A stretch of DNA of 64,000 nucleotides from a bacterium (GTDB lineage: Bacteria > Cyanobacteriota > Vampirovibrionia > Gastranaerophilales > JBAXKC01), in NCBI GenBank assembly GCA_037137535.1, contig JBAXKC010000001.1, positions 256,001 through 320,000 on the forward strand, written 5' to 3'. A program made the position numbers and the translations under genes. This document shows positions 1 to 10,510 of the stretch, piece after piece. Under the pieces are notes generated by a model. It made no database searches, had not been told where the DNA came from, and saw only the letters and a list, made by a program, of their open reading frames with translations. Every line of letters begins with the position of its first letter. Position 1 is the stretch's first letter.

Positions 1-407
1 ATACGCATAAGATCCGCACCAAAAATATTCGCCTCATCACCACCGGCACTTCCTCTGATTTCAAGCATAATATCTTTTTCATCATTAGGATCTTTAGGCA
101 GTAATAGAACTTTCATTCTTTCTTCATATTGTTTTATTTTTTCTTCTGCAGTTTCAATTTCCTTATTGAAAAATTCTTTCATTTCAGGATCAGTTTCTCC
201 TCGAGTAAGAAGAGAGGCTTCTTCTTTACTGTCCATTGAAGCTTGCCAATTATGATAAATTTCTACAGTTTCTTCTATTGATTTTCTTTTTCTTGATAAG
301 TTTCTGAACAGTTCATAATCTTGTATTACTTCAGGATCACTTAATTTTTCACCTAATTCAATATAAGTCTGTTCAATATTTTGAATTTTACCCAGCATAT
401 CTTTCAT
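1..407 (-). CDS. prfA: Peptide chain release factor 1, N-terminal part (runs off the window start)
   Basis: Manual translation from ATG at 407 gives MKDMLGKIQNIEQTYIELGEKLSDPEV...LLLPKDPNDEKDIMLEIRGSAGGDEANIFGADLMR, the typical RF1 N-terminus; downstream of rpmE. Confidence 0.93.
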   Translation of the reverse strand, partial: MKDMLGKIQNIEQTYIELGEKLSDPEVIQDYELFRNLSRKRKSIEETVEIYHNWQASMDSKEEASLLTRGETDPEMKEFFNKEIETAEEKIKQYEERMKVLLLPKDPNDEKDIMLEIRGSAGGDEANIFGADLMR

Positions 408-430
408 TTGAGTTGATTCTCCGGTCTTTA

Positions 431-1138
431 TTATGAAGGAATAATTTCTTTTTTCTGTTTTTTTCTGCCACAGCATTTAATTTCATCACAGTAGCCTAAT
501 GCTTCGCATTTAGGAACAAGATACTCTTTAAGCCATGGTTCTTTTTCAGCAACTAATTTGCACATTTTATCGACAATCATGCGTATTTCAAGTTGTGCAT
601 TTACGCATAATCTTAAATTTGCAAGATGAATAAGTTCTCTCAAATTCAAACTTGCAACCATTGAGCTTGACGCTGCATTTGGCAATACAAATCTGGCATC
701 TTCGGCAGGAATTCCTTCCTCTATCATTTTAGCGTAAAATTCTGATATTTTTTCCATAAACTCATTATATTCATCTAAAAGAGCCGAATTTTTCAATGTT
801 GGAGGAACAATATATTCAAATTGCCCTGTTTCTGTAACATATCTTTGAGATTTCTGAGAAAAAGACATGTGACGATGACGAACAAGTTGATGAGTACAAG
901 CTCTTGATACGCCACTTATTGAAAAAACTACGTAACAATGCTCTATTGTACTGTGATGACCTGATTCAATAACCTTTTTTACCAGCTTTTGCATTTTTTC
1001 GTTATCAGCATCTTTTTCCCATATATGTACGGGATATTCCGAGGAATAACAAGTTCTGCACGCAGTATAAACCGTTTTTAAAATATCTTCAGGTATCGTT
1101 AATATATCAACTTTTGATAATTGAGAATTTTCGTTCAT
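431..1138 (-). CDS. thyX: FAD-dependent thymidylate synthase ThyX
   Basis: ThyX motif RHRHMSFSQKSQR, plus GHHSTIEH and EDARFVLP. Confidence 0.95.
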   Translation of the reverse strand: MNENSQLSKVDILTIPEDILKTVYTACRTCYSSEYPVHIWEKDADNEKMQKLVKKVIESGHHSTIEHCYVVFSISGVSRACTHQLVRHRHMSFSQKSQRYVTETGQFEYIVPPTLKNSALLDEYNEFMEKISEFYAKMIEEGIPAEDARFVLPNAASSSMVASLNLRELIHLANLRLCVNAQLEIRMIVDKMCKLVAEKEPWLKEYLVPKCEALGYCDEIKCCGRKKQKKEIIPS

Positions 1139-1235
1139 TTTTTATCTTGCCAATTATTGTACATAAATTATTTATATACAAGAATAAGCCCGCCATGTAA
1201 AATATAACGGGCTTAAACTTGAAAATTTAATACTT

Positions 1236-1439
1236 TTATTTTTGTGTATTGTAACGCTTGTTGAATCTTTCAACTCTTCCTTCGGTATCAATAATTTTTT
1301 GTGTTCCTGTGAAGAAAGGATGACAGTTGCTGCAAATTTCAACTCTGATATTGTCATGAACTGATCCTGTCTCAATAGAATTACCGCAAACGCAGTTTAT
1401 GTTTATTTCTTTATAATTAGGATGAAGTCCTTCTTTCAT
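1236..1439 (-). CDS. rpmE: 50S ribosomal protein L31 (zinc-binding type)
   Basis: MKEGLHPNY...CVCGN...[11 protein letters not shown]...[10 protein letters not shown]; start moved to ATG 1439, which has an AGGA RBS. Confidence 0.97.
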   Translation of the reverse strand: MKEGLHPNYKEININCVCGNSIETGSVHDNIRVEICSNCHPFFTGTQKIIDTEGRVERFNKRYNTQK

Positions 1440-1578
1440 TTTGATTTCCTCTTTTATTCTAACTATGTATGAACAGCATATTAGCATAACCATGAATTTA
1501 GGCAAATATAAAATAATAAATTTGTTTTAATTAAAAGCAAGAAATCGTTTAATATTTCTTGCTTTTAAACATAATTAA

Positions 1579-3870
1579 TTATTTTTTAAATCTGTAAATT
1601 CTATACTCGGAAGGAGCAAGAGTTTTTAAAGAAATACCTGCACCAGCCAAATCTCTTATTTCCGATGTTTCGACAAAAGCTGCTTTATCGGAATCATAGC
1701 AAATTTCAGCAATTATTGAATAACCGCTTGGAATTTCAACTGCTTTATCGACTACAGCTTCATATTCTTTGATATAAGCAACACCGTCTTCTGTTTTTAG
1801 TTTTTCTGTTTCAGGATTTTGATTTGCCGCAATTAAAAGAACTTCATTGCTGCCATCTTTTGAAACTTGCCACATTACAAAACCGTCTTCATCTGTTTTT
1901 AACACTTCTGAACAACCGTTTAAAGTTAATTCATCGTGAAGAGCATAATTAATAATTGCGTTAAATTCTTTGAAAAATTCAAGATTATTTTCTCTTTTCA
2001 TAGCTCCTTCAAAGCCGATAGCCTTTTCAATTCCTGTTTTGTTGAAAGCTTCATCGCCATCAATAAACATAACAGGTCTTTGTGCCAAGTTACCGCCCGG
2101 CATAAACTTGAATTTGAAGAATTTAAACAATGCACCTTTTGCTCCTAATTGAGCAGGATATTGATCAATTGCGGAGAATTCACCGTCTTGATTATTATAA
2201 GTCTTAATTACGGACAATTTAGAGCTGTTTGCAGGAACTGTTGAATTGTACTCTGCAAGATATTTATTATCTGCTGCAATTGCTTTTGGTGTTTTTTGGA
2301 ATTGTGAAATAATATCGTTCCCCCAAAGAATATCAAAAGACATATCCTGATGGTATTCTTTGTAGAAATTATCCCAAAGCATATATTCAGCAAGGGTTGC
2401 AAAGTGCGGGCAAGCTTTTTTTATTGCTCTGTTTGACTCACCTAATACAAGGCTTGGCGCTCTATAACTGATTGGAATACCGGCAGCTGTTTGTGACACT
2501 TCATCAACGATATGGTCAATGTGATCAACTCTAAAACCGTCAAAATTATAATTATTTTGAAGTTTTTTAAGGAAATCCATATAAAAATCTATTACTTTTT
2601 GGTTATATTCACCTTTTTCAAAGTAAACAAAATAATATGGAGTCTGACAATCAAGGTTTGCAAAATGTGTAACATCTTCGCCTTTAACGTCATAATGCTT
2701 GAATATCGGATATCCAGCACCTTCACTCATTTTTTCAAATATTGCAACACCAGAAGAACACCATGCTCCACCCGGAGCAGGCCATAATCCGCTTCCAACA
2801 AGTTCACCTATAACTTCACCCTGACATGTAATATCATCTTCTGTAAGAACAGCATCTACAGATTTATTTATTTTTGAAGCAATAAGTTCTGTAGCTTTAG
2901 CACAAATTATTTCCTGTTGTTCTTTTGTCATCATTTTATTTGATATTTCAGCCCTAAAAGGTTTTAGTAATTCTTGAAAACCTGTATATACTTTAGTTAA
3001 AGACTCTTCAACCTGTAAATATTCGCCTTTTAATTCTTTTGAGATTATTTCTTTTACTTTTGCAATTTCATCAGAAGAATATTCAGATTGAAGTTTATCT
3101 CCAACAATTTCAAGAGTAGCTGTCATTTGTGAAATAAGTTCTTTTACATCAAACCATCTTGCTGCATAAGCATTTGCTAGAACCGTTTTTGAAAATCTTC
3201 CCGTTTGTGGAAGCACATCATACATTGTAGGGTGTCCGCAAAGCTGAGTTAACGCAAAATAAAGCTGAATCTGTTCTTTTGCATTTAATCCTAATTTAGA
3301 ATAAATATTTTTATCTTCAAAAGTCTGACTTACTCCGCTATCTGTCGGAATATATGCACATCCAAAATCTCTTGGATGGAAAGGAATAAAATAAGCGGTA
3401 GTAGAAAGAACTCCCTCTTTTAAATTTCCTGCAGGTAAAGTTAAAGTCTGCTTTAACCAATCAATCAGAAGTCCTGCCTCGTCGGAAACATTGCCGTTTC
3501 CAAGTCCTGCAAGATTCAGAAGTTTAATGTTGTGCTGTTCTCTTTTTATCCATTCAGAGTCAGTAATTCCTGCTCTTGTAACAGGACTTAAACTCTCAAA
3601 TGCAAATTTATCGTCATTATAGACATTATTAATTATAAGTTTTTGTTCAATACCAATTAATGTTTCGGCAGGTGTTAATTCTTCAAGTGCTTGCTGATGA
3701 GAAAATGGTAAGTATCCAAATTCTTTCACAAGGTTTTGAATATATGTTTTTCTTTCGGTTGATACATTCTGAACGTTAAAAATTTCTTTCAAAGATGAAA
3801 AAATTTCAGATAATACTTCTTTTGTCGGAGTAAATTTGATATTTGTAATCATTTCATTGTCCTTTAACAA
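1579..3870 (-). CDS. Divergent alpha-amylase-family (GH13-like) protein
   Basis: FDGFRVDHIDH (region II), TLAEYM (region III) and TYNNQD (region IV-like) occur in the correct order. Confidence 0.6.
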   Translation of the reverse strand: MLKDNEMITNIKFTPTKEVLSEIFSSLKEIFNVQNVSTERKTYIQNLVKEFGYLPFSHQQALEELTPAETLIGIEQKLIINNVYNDDKFAFESLSPVTRAGITDSEWIKREQHNIKLLNLAGLGNGNVSDEAGLLIDWLKQTLTLPAGNLKEGVLSTTAYFIPFHPRDFGCAYIPTDSGVSQTFEDKNIYSKLGLNAKEQIQLYFALTQLCGHPTMYDVLPQTGRFSKTVLANAYAARWFDVKELISQMTATLEIVGDKLQSEYSSDEIAKVKEIISKELKGEYLQVEESLTKVYTGFQELLKPFRAEISNKMMTKEQQEIICAKATELIASKINKSVDAVLTEDDITCQGEVIGELVGSGLWPAPGGAWCSSGVAIFEKMSEGAGYPIFKHYDVKGEDVTHFANLDCQTPYYFVYFEKGEYNQKVIDFYMDFLKKLQNNYNFDGFRVDHIDHIVDEVSQTAAGIPISYRAPSLVLGESNRAIKKACPHFATLAEYMLWDNFYKEYHQDMSFDILWGNDIISQFQKTPKAIAADNKYLAEYNSTVPANSSKLSVIKTYNNQDGEFSAIDQYPAQLGAKGALFKFFKFKFMPGGNLAQRPVMFIDGDEAFNKTGIEKAIGFEGAMKRENNLEFFKEFNAIINYALHDELTLNGCSEVLKTDEDGFVMWQVSKDGSNEVLLIAANQNPETEKLKTEDGVAYIKEYEAVVDKAVEIPSGYSIIAEICYDSDKAAFVETSEIRDLAGAGISLKTLAPSEYRIYRFKK

Positions 3871-4026
3871 CCTCTAAACCACCGTCATTCTAACATAAAC
3901 ACCACAAATGATATAACTAAAAAAATAAATTATGTAAAAAAAAGATTTTTCATGTGTTATATTTTTAATTTAGCGGTTTTCAATCAAAATATGACAGTAT
4001 TATTCTATTTTTTAAGGGGAAGTATA

Positions 4027-5325
4027 ATGCAAAAATTGAGGATGGTTGATTTAATTTCAAAGAAAAAAGCAGGGGAAGCTCACTCAGTTGAAGAAATTAA
4101 ATTTATTGTTGATGGTGTAAAAAACAACTCAATTCCCGATTATCAGTTATCTGCATGGTTAATGGCGGTTTGCTTAAAAGGAATGACTTTTGACGAAAGT
4201 GCAATGCTGACGGAAGCAATGGCAAAATCAGGAGAAATTATTGATTTATCAGCATTAGGCGAATATATTTCAGATAAACACAGCACAGGCGGCGTTGGAG
4301 ATAAAACAACCTTGATTTTAGCCCCTCTTTTAGCGTCTGTTGGTGTTAAGGTAGCTAAACTTTCAGGCAGAGGGCTTGGTTATACAGGCGGAACAATTGA
4401 TAAACTCGAGTCAATTGAAGGCTATAATCCTTCATTAGAACTTGACAAGTTTATTGAGCAAGTCAATACAATAGGAGCAGCTGTTATTTCACAAACTGCA
4501 AAACTAGCTCCTGCGGATAGCAGACTTTACGCTTTAAGAGATGTAACTGCAACTGTTGACAGCATTCCACTTATTGCATCATCTGTATTATCTAAAAAAA
4601 TTGCATCAGGAGCCAATGTTATCGTCCTTGATGTTAAATACGGCAGCGGTGCTTTTATGAAAACACCTGAGCAAGCTGAAGAACTATCTAAAACGATGGT
4701 AGAAATCGGCAAAAAGCTAAACAGATCAATCACAGCAGTTATTACTTCCATGGATCAACCTCTAGGTAATGGCATAGGCAATGCCATTGAAGTACAAGAA
4801 TCAATAGACACCCTAAAAAACATCGGACCAAAAGATTTAACCGATCTTTCTGTCTATCTTGCCGCAGTAATGATGGTTAATACTAAAAATGCCAAAACAA
4901 TAGAAGAAGCAGAAAAAGCATTAAGAGAAAGCCTAGCAAACGGTAAAGCCTACTCTAAATTTATTGAAATGGTAGAGGCTCAAAGTGCCGTTAAAAACTT
5001 TGTATTGCCGACAGCAGAGCATTTAATTGAAGTAAAAGCTGACAGTGAAGGCTTTATAACCGAAACAGACGCTTTGACTATCGCAAAAGCAAGCAAAATC
5101 TTAGGCGCAGGAAGAGAAACAAAAGAAGACCCGATTGATTATGCGGTTGGTGTTGTGCTGACTAAAAAAATCGGTGATAAAGTAGCAAAAGGCGATACAA
5201 TTGCAGTTGTTCACGCAAATTCCCTTGAACTTGGAAAAGATGCTGTTAAAACTTGTAATAAAGCCTTTAAATATTCTTCAACACCAGTTGAAGTGCCACC
5301 AATTGTTCATAAAGTTATTGATTAA
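4027..5325 (+). CDS. pdp: Pyrimidine-nucleoside / thymidine phosphorylase
   Basis: DKHSTGGVGDK, KLSGRGLGYTGGTIDKLESI and LDVKYGSGAFMK; probable start ATG 4027 after AAGGGGA. Confidence 0.95.
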   Translation: MQKLRMVDLISKKKAGEAHSVEEIKFIVDGVKNNSIPDYQLSAWLMAVCLKGMTFDESAMLTEAMAKSGEIIDLSALGEYISDKHSTGGVGDKTTLILAPLLASVGVKVAKLSGRGLGYTGGTIDKLESIEGYNPSLELDKFIEQVNTIGAAVISQTAKLAPADSRLYALRDVTATVDSIPLIASSVLSKKIASGANVIVLDVKYGSGAFMKTPEQAEELSKTMVEIGKKLNRSITAVITSMDQPLGNGIGNAIEVQESIDTLKNIGPKDLTDLSVYLAAVMMVNTKNAKTIEEAEKALRESLANGKAYSKFIEMVEAQSAVKNFVLPTAEHLIEVKADSEGFITETDALTIAKASKILGAGRETKEDPIDYAVGVVLTKKIGDKVAKGDTIAVVHANSLELGKDAVKTCNKAFKYSSTPVEVPPIVHKVID

Positions 5326-5339
5326 TATTTAATAGATTT

Positions 5340-5369
5340 AGAGCGGTTTCTCTGAGGAGAAGCCGCTCT
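5340..5369. terminator. Bidirectional intrinsic terminator
   Basis: AGAGCGGTTTCTC-TGAG-GAGAAGCCGCTCT hairpin between convergent genes. Confidence 0.75.
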
Positions 5370-5390
5370 TTTGATTGACTTTTATTGTTT

Positions 5391-6644
5391 TTAACTCAAC
5401 TCTTCCCTTTTAATTGAATAATAATCAGAATCTCCACCCACGCTACTCTTTGCAATTAACTCTCCGCCTTCGGTTGAATCCATTGCCGCAACATGTAAAA
5501 TCTGGAATTTATCGGAAGAACCAACTAGATTTTGACCTGTTAAATCTAAATTTTCCATCATATGAGCCTTAATTAACTGTTCAGGATTTTGCCCCAAATC
5601 TTTCGACTTTTTCATGACAAACCCAACGAAAGCCCCTGTCAATACAGCTTTATCAGTTTTACCACCATCTACAAAATCAGCGATTACCTGACCTATTCCC
5701 TCATAAAACTGATTAGCAGCCTTATTAAATGCGGTTTCGTGCTGATTTTCTTTAATTGGGTTGCCGTTATTATCGTTAAGAGTCAATTTAACATTATCGC
5801 CATCAACTTTTTCCGTAAAAAGATTCAATAAATTAGCATCTTTTAGTTTTTTATAAGTAGCTTTTTGAGGATTTAAGCTAATTTCATGCTCGGTAACAAT
5901 TTTACCATCGCCAATTTTTCCTAATGCTTCTGCTTTTTCACTATTTATTCCTAAAGCTGTCGCATAATTTTTTATCATTGCTGGAACGGAGGTAGAAACT
6001 TGCTCAATGGGTCTGTCCGTTCCTCTTTTAAACAAATGTCCTTTTTCTCTAGGAACAATTTCAATAGTATCTTTACGTCCTCTTATTTCAGTTACGGCAA
6101 GCCCTCCTCCGGGAGTTATAACAGGCGTTTCTTTCCCATCAGGAAATAATTCATTAAGATCTTTTTTATCCGCAGCTAATCTTAAAAGAACCAGACCACC
6201 CCATGAAGCACCGTCATTACAGAAAATTACATTATTAAAATTTATTCCTTTTAATTCGGGCTGACTGCAAAAAGTTTTCTTATCGATAGGAATTGCACCA
6301 ATAGCTATATTAGTTTCAGGATTTTTTATATTAGGAGGATAACAAAAACCATTTTTTACAGGCCCCGGTAAAGCAATAGCAATATTGTTTCTCTCGGATT
6401 CATGACCTGTTAAGGCTTTGCTTGTGTATAAAGCCAAAGATTTCAACATGCCTGCGGGAGTTACAGGATTTTCACCAAATAAAGGTGTTCCTTTCTGAAT
6501 AACAGCTTCTCCGTTAACAGTCATCCCAATATTGGCAGGCTTCCTGCTTGTTCCTACATCTCCTCCGACATCAGCTCCAAAGGAGGTCTTTTTTATATTT
6601 TTAATTGCAACAACATTCGGGCTTATATTATAAATATTAAGCAT
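5391..6644 (-). CDS. Divergent ROK/glucokinase-like protein with N-terminal extension
   Basis: GADVGG, IALPGPV, CNDG, TPGGGL and EKGH correspond in order to the ROK motifs DxGG, GxPG, NDA, GTGxG and ExGH. Confidence 0.55.
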   Translation of the reverse strand: MLNIYNISPNVVAIKNIKKTSFGADVGGDVGTSRKPANIGMTVNGEAVIQKGTPLFGENPVTPAGMLKSLALYTSKALTGHESERNNIAIALPGPVKNGFCYPPNIKNPETNIAIGAIPIDKKTFCSQPELKGINFNNVIFCNDGASWGGLVLLRLAADKKDLNELFPDGKETPVITPGGGLAVTEIRGRKDTIEIVPREKGHLFKRGTDRPIEQVSTSVPAMIKNYATALGINSEKAEALGKIGDGKIVTEHEISLNPQKATYKKLKDANLLNLFTEKVDGDNVKLTLNDNNGNPIKENQHETAFNKAANQFYEGIGQVIADFVDGGKTDKAVLTGAFVGFVMKKSKDLGQNPEQLIKAHMMENLDLTGQNLVGSSDKFQILHVAAMDSTEGGELIAKSSVGGDSDYYSIKREELS

Positions 6645-7019
6645 ATTATTTTCCTTTTTTTAAAACTTCATCTTATCTTTGATTAATTAAATTTACTAAT
6701 GAATACTAATATAAAAATAAATATTTTTTATTCATCTAAGTTTAAATAAATATCTTCTTAATGGGCAATGATTTAAACTAAATTATGTAAATTCCCCACC
6801 TTCTCTTTATATTTAAAAACAAAAACGATTTAATTGTTATTAAATAAATTTGCGAATACGCTTCCTCCTCTCCCTAATAAGAGGCAGACCTAATCGACTT
6901 TTTTCTTTATATATTGTTATAAATTTTCTTTCTACATTAACAATTTCCATGAAAAAAATTTGTTAATATAAACATAGGGTTTACATGTATTAGAGCAAAA
7001 CAAGAAAGTGGGTTTCTTT

Positions 7020-7694
7020 ATGCTAAAAGGTATCGGTGGAAATAATTTTCAGATACAACAGCAACAAGCATTTGAAAAGGTGCTAACCGATCATGGAACC
7101 AATTCTCAACAAGTAGCATCTATTTTTTCTCAAAAAGGAGATAAAGCTGCTATTGCTTTTATGGCATCAAAAGGAATTGATGTCCCACAATCACCTGATG
7201 GCTCAACTCAAACAGGTTCTGCACAAAAAAACTCTGCCGCTATTGATGCTGCTAAAAATTCCTTCAATCAGCTATTAGCAAGTGCCGGCCTAACTGAAGA
7301 AGAGGTAAAACAAGCTTATGAATCTGGTGGCGATACAGCTGTTAAAGAACTTTTGAACTCTAAAGGCCTCGAGATGGCAGAAGCTCCTGAAGGTACACCT
7401 AAGAATACAGGATCAGAACAAAGAATATTTTCAGGCAACTCCGGTAACAAAGACTTTAAAGAATATACAAAAATATTAAAAGATATAGGCGTAACTGAAG
7501 AAGTTATAAAAAAGGCGGGTCTAACTAAAAAGAATATAGAAGAAGCTTATGATTCCGGCGGAGATACCGCTGTTCGAGGACTGTTACAGTCTAAATCTGT
7601 CGATACTACAAAAGGACCAGAAAGCTTACCAAAGAATGGCTCTGGAATTGTACGCAGTGACCAAATTCCTGGTACATTTGATATGAAATCATAA
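7020..7694 (+). CDS. Hypothetical protein with an internal duplicated module
   Basis: AGLTEEEVKQAYESGGDTAVKELLNSK and AGLTKKNIEEAYDSGGDTAVRGLLQSK; start is either ATG 7020 or GTG 7008. Confidence 0.7.
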   Translation: MLKGIGGNNFQIQQQQAFEKVLTDHGTNSQQVASIFSQKGDKAAIAFMASKGIDVPQSPDGSTQTGSAQKNSAAIDAAKNSFNQLLASAGLTEEEVKQAYESGGDTAVKELLNSKGLEMAEAPEGTPKNTGSEQRIFSGNSGNKDFKEYTKILKDIGVTEEVIKKAGLTKKNIEEAYDSGGDTAVRGLLQSKSVDTTKGPESLPKNGSGIVRSDQIPGTFDMKS

Positions 7695-7711
7695 AATATT
7701 AAAGAATTAAT

Positions 7712-7749
7712 AAAAAATGCTTCAATTGTAATGATTGAAGCATTTTTTT
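7712..7749. terminator. Bidirectional intrinsic terminator
   Basis: AAAAAATGCTTCAAT...ATTGAAGCATTTTTT between convergent genes. Confidence 0.7.
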
Positions 7750-7778
7750 GTTTGAATTTTGTAAAAGGTAAAAAAGAA

Positions 7779-10403
7779 CTAAGAATTTGCTTTACCATCT
7801 AACTTTTTCTTCACCAAAGAATTTAATTCAGAGTTATTATCTATAAATTTACCGTTTACTCTTGCTTCTTCTGTTAAAACAGCTATTTTAGCATTTAAAG
7901 TTTTTAACTCTTCTCTTCTGTTTCCTTTATCAAGCCAACTGTTTAATTCATTTTTGAAAGATTCAGCAGACATGGTATTTCCGCCTTTACCAAGATTTTT
8001 ATAACATTTATCGCCATATTCATTTATAAAATCTTTGTGAAAATCCACTATCATTTCTGCAATTTTAGAAGCGGTTTTTACCATTAAAGTAATATCTTCT
8101 TTATTTTCTTTTACCATCATTTTGTCATCGGTGACAAAACCTGTATGTGGACCTAATCCATATCTATTAACAGCTATTTTAGCACTATTCATAGCCATTT
8201 TTAAATCCATTGACGGACCATAGGTACTTCTACCGCCAAACATCATTCTTTCAACATATATTGAGCCATAATCAACAGCCATCTCATCAATTATAGTATC
8301 GAAGGTTTTACTTCCCCCTTCACCTCTATCAAAGAATACTGCTCCTAAGAAGCCTTCATGCTGATCAAAAGTTATAAAGTTTATTTCATCAGGTCTTAGC
8401 CATTTTTCATTGGCTTGATTAAATAAAGTTTGTCCTGTTATTGCATGTCCAATTTCATGTTTTATTGTAGCTTCATTATCCCACTCAGGAATATCAGCTC
8501 TCATCTTAGGACCTACCACTAACTCTAAATAGGCTTCTGTGAAATCATCAAGACCTAAAGCCTTATTATCTTTTCTTTTTTCTGCGATTGCAGTGGCTTT
8601 ATTCACAATAGTTTTTAAATCAGCTCCGTTAGAATAATTAGTTATTTTTGCAACTTCTTTAATTATTTTTTCTTTATTTGCAGGGTCAAATTTCAAATCT
8701 TTTGTCAGAACATTTAATGTTGCTATTCTTGTCTTCATACTGTTTGCATTATCAGGAACAGGCAGTTGAGTGTCAAATATACCAACTTTACTAAATTCAG
8801 GTTGTAGTGCTTCAGCTTGAGTAACCCCTGCTAAAACAACAAGGTTTACATCGCTATTTTTATTATCAATTTGTTTTATTTGCTTAGACATCTCATCAAA
8901 ACAAGCCGTATTCTCCATTAATTCCTCAAAGTTATCAAGATATAAGAAAGCCGTTTTATTATCGCTATCTTTTGCAGCTAATTTAGCACCTTCAAAAACA
9001 TTAGCGACTTCAAATGACACATCAGATTCGGGATTAATATAATTTAAAAACTCTGTCATGGAAACATTCACAAGCGGTGATTTTGCTTCTCCTGCTATAG
9101 CTTCGGCAAGTAAAGTCTTACCGGCACCTCTTTGCCCTGAAATTAATATACTGCTAGGAGGAACTTGAGCATTTTTTGTTCCTTTTTTACCTATTTTATT
9201 TAATATAGTTTCTTTAATAGTCTCTTCTAAAGGTTCTATTCCTCCGACATCTTTCAAGGACAAAGGAGGTTTTTCTTCATGAACACCCATAGCTAATTCA
9301 GGATAAGCCTTAACAGCTTTTTGAATATTTTTAGGAGTGATTATTGAATATTTTGCATTTGGCTTTGTAGTTTTCTTCATAAGAACAGCAGGAAGTGTAT
9401 CCATAATAAAATCTATAGCTTTACCGGGATATGAGCCCTCTTGCTCTTTTGTTAAATTAACTGCTTTGTCTATGGCTTTATCAGAAATAACAGTATTAGC
9501 AGGAAGATTAGGAGCAATTAAAAAATCTTTATTGGCTTTCAGGAATCTTTTTGTCTCTGGTGCTCCCGGAGTTTCTAATTGCAACTCTTGTAACGCAGGA
9601 TCTCTTTCCATTAATTGCTTAGCTGATTCAGAAAGGTAATTTTCAGGATGCTCATAATCTGTTTCTGCTTCGGTAAAGGATACTGTTTTTACCTTGTCAG
9701 ATAAACCAGGAAAGCTTATCGTCGGATCAGAAATAAATATTATAGTATTTTTATTCTCTTTTTCTGCTTTATCTATCCAATGCTTAACACATTTTTGAAT
9801 TGATGGGTCAGGTTTCATTTGTTCCTCTTGCTGAACCTGAGGAATATTAAGGAAAGGATCATCAGGGTTTAATCTCTCATTGATTCTTGAAACAGTATTT
9901 TCTTGTATTACCTCTTTTGCATAATTAACATCCAGAAAATATACATCAGTATTTTCTTTTGTCATTCCTAAATTTTTAAATTTATTATTAGCCAACATTC
10001 CGACAAAATTATTCGCCACTAACTCGGGCATTGCTCCTCTTTCATGAACCAGCATTGTATTTTGAGAATCAAAACAGTTCATAGCAATAAATTCAGCTGT
10101 TTTATCATATGGCTTAAATTTCATTAAAGTTGAAAGACTGTCAGGCGTCATCAAGTTTACTAAATAAGGAGGTTCAACAAACTTGCTTTCTTTTCTAACT
10201 AATCTGGCATTAAAACTTATAAAATTAGCTTTTAAATGGTCTAGACTCGGAGCGACTGTATTATTTGTCATATTTTGATTATGACTTACTGTTTGAGGAA
10301 TAACTTCCTTTTTCTTTTTTAAATCAATACTCTGATTTTTTTGAAAACTACATACATTTGATAACTTAATCATTACGTTAAAAGCCTTATTCTTCTCTTC
10401 CAC
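7779..10403 (-). CDS. Soluble FtsH-like AAA+/M41 metalloprotease with a Clp-type lid region
   Basis: Walker A GQRGAGKT, altered Walker B LYLDNFE, lid motif SNGADL, and HEIGH zinc motif; no transmembrane segment. The start may be the downstream MIKLSN. Confidence 0.75.
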   Translation of the reverse strand: MEEKNKAFNVMIKLSNVCSFQKNQSIDLKKKKEVIPQTVSHNQNMTNNTVAPSLDHLKANFISFNARLVRKESKFVEPPYLVNLMTPDSLSTLMKFKPYDKTAEFIAMNCFDSQNTMLVHERGAMPELVANNFVGMLANNKFKNLGMTKENTDVYFLDVNYAKEVIQENTVSRINERLNPDDPFLNIPQVQQEEQMKPDPSIQKCVKHWIDKAEKENKNTIIFISDPTISFPGLSDKVKTVSFTEAETDYEHPENYLSESAKQLMERDPALQELQLETPGAPETKRFLKANKDFLIAPNLPANTVISDKAIDKAVNLTKEQEGSYPGKAIDFIMDTLPAVLMKKTTKPNAKYSIITPKNIQKAVKAYPELAMGVHEEKPPLSLKDVGGIEPLEETIKETILNKIGKKGTKNAQVPPSSILISGQRGAGKTLLAEAIAGEAKSPLVNVSMTEFLNYINPESDVSFEVANVFEGAKLAAKDSDNKTAFLYLDNFEELMENTACFDEMSKQIKQIDNKNSDVNLVVLAGVTQAEALQPEFSKVGIFDTQLPVPDNANSMKTRIATLNVLTKDLKFDPANKEKIIKEVAKITNYSNGADLKTIVNKATAIAEKRKDNKALGLDDFTEAYLELVVGPKMRADIPEWDNEATIKHEIGHAITGQTLFNQANEKWLRPDEINFITFDQHEGFLGAVFFDRGEGGSKTFDTIIDEMAVDYGSIYVERMMFGGRSTYGPSMDLKMAMNSAKIAVNRYGLGPHTGFVTDDKMMVKENKEDITLMVKTASKIAEMIVDFHKDFINEYGDKCYKNLGKGGNTMSAESFKNELNSWLDKGNRREELKTLNAKIAVLTEEARVNGKFIDNNSELNSLVKKKLDGKANS

Positions 10404-10510
10404 ATGTGGTTTTAAAACCCGCTAAAAAAAAAGTTTATAATAAATACAAAAAAACTCCCAATATTTGTTAATATCTCGGGAGTCTTTTGTAATGTATTAT
10501 TAAGCTATAT

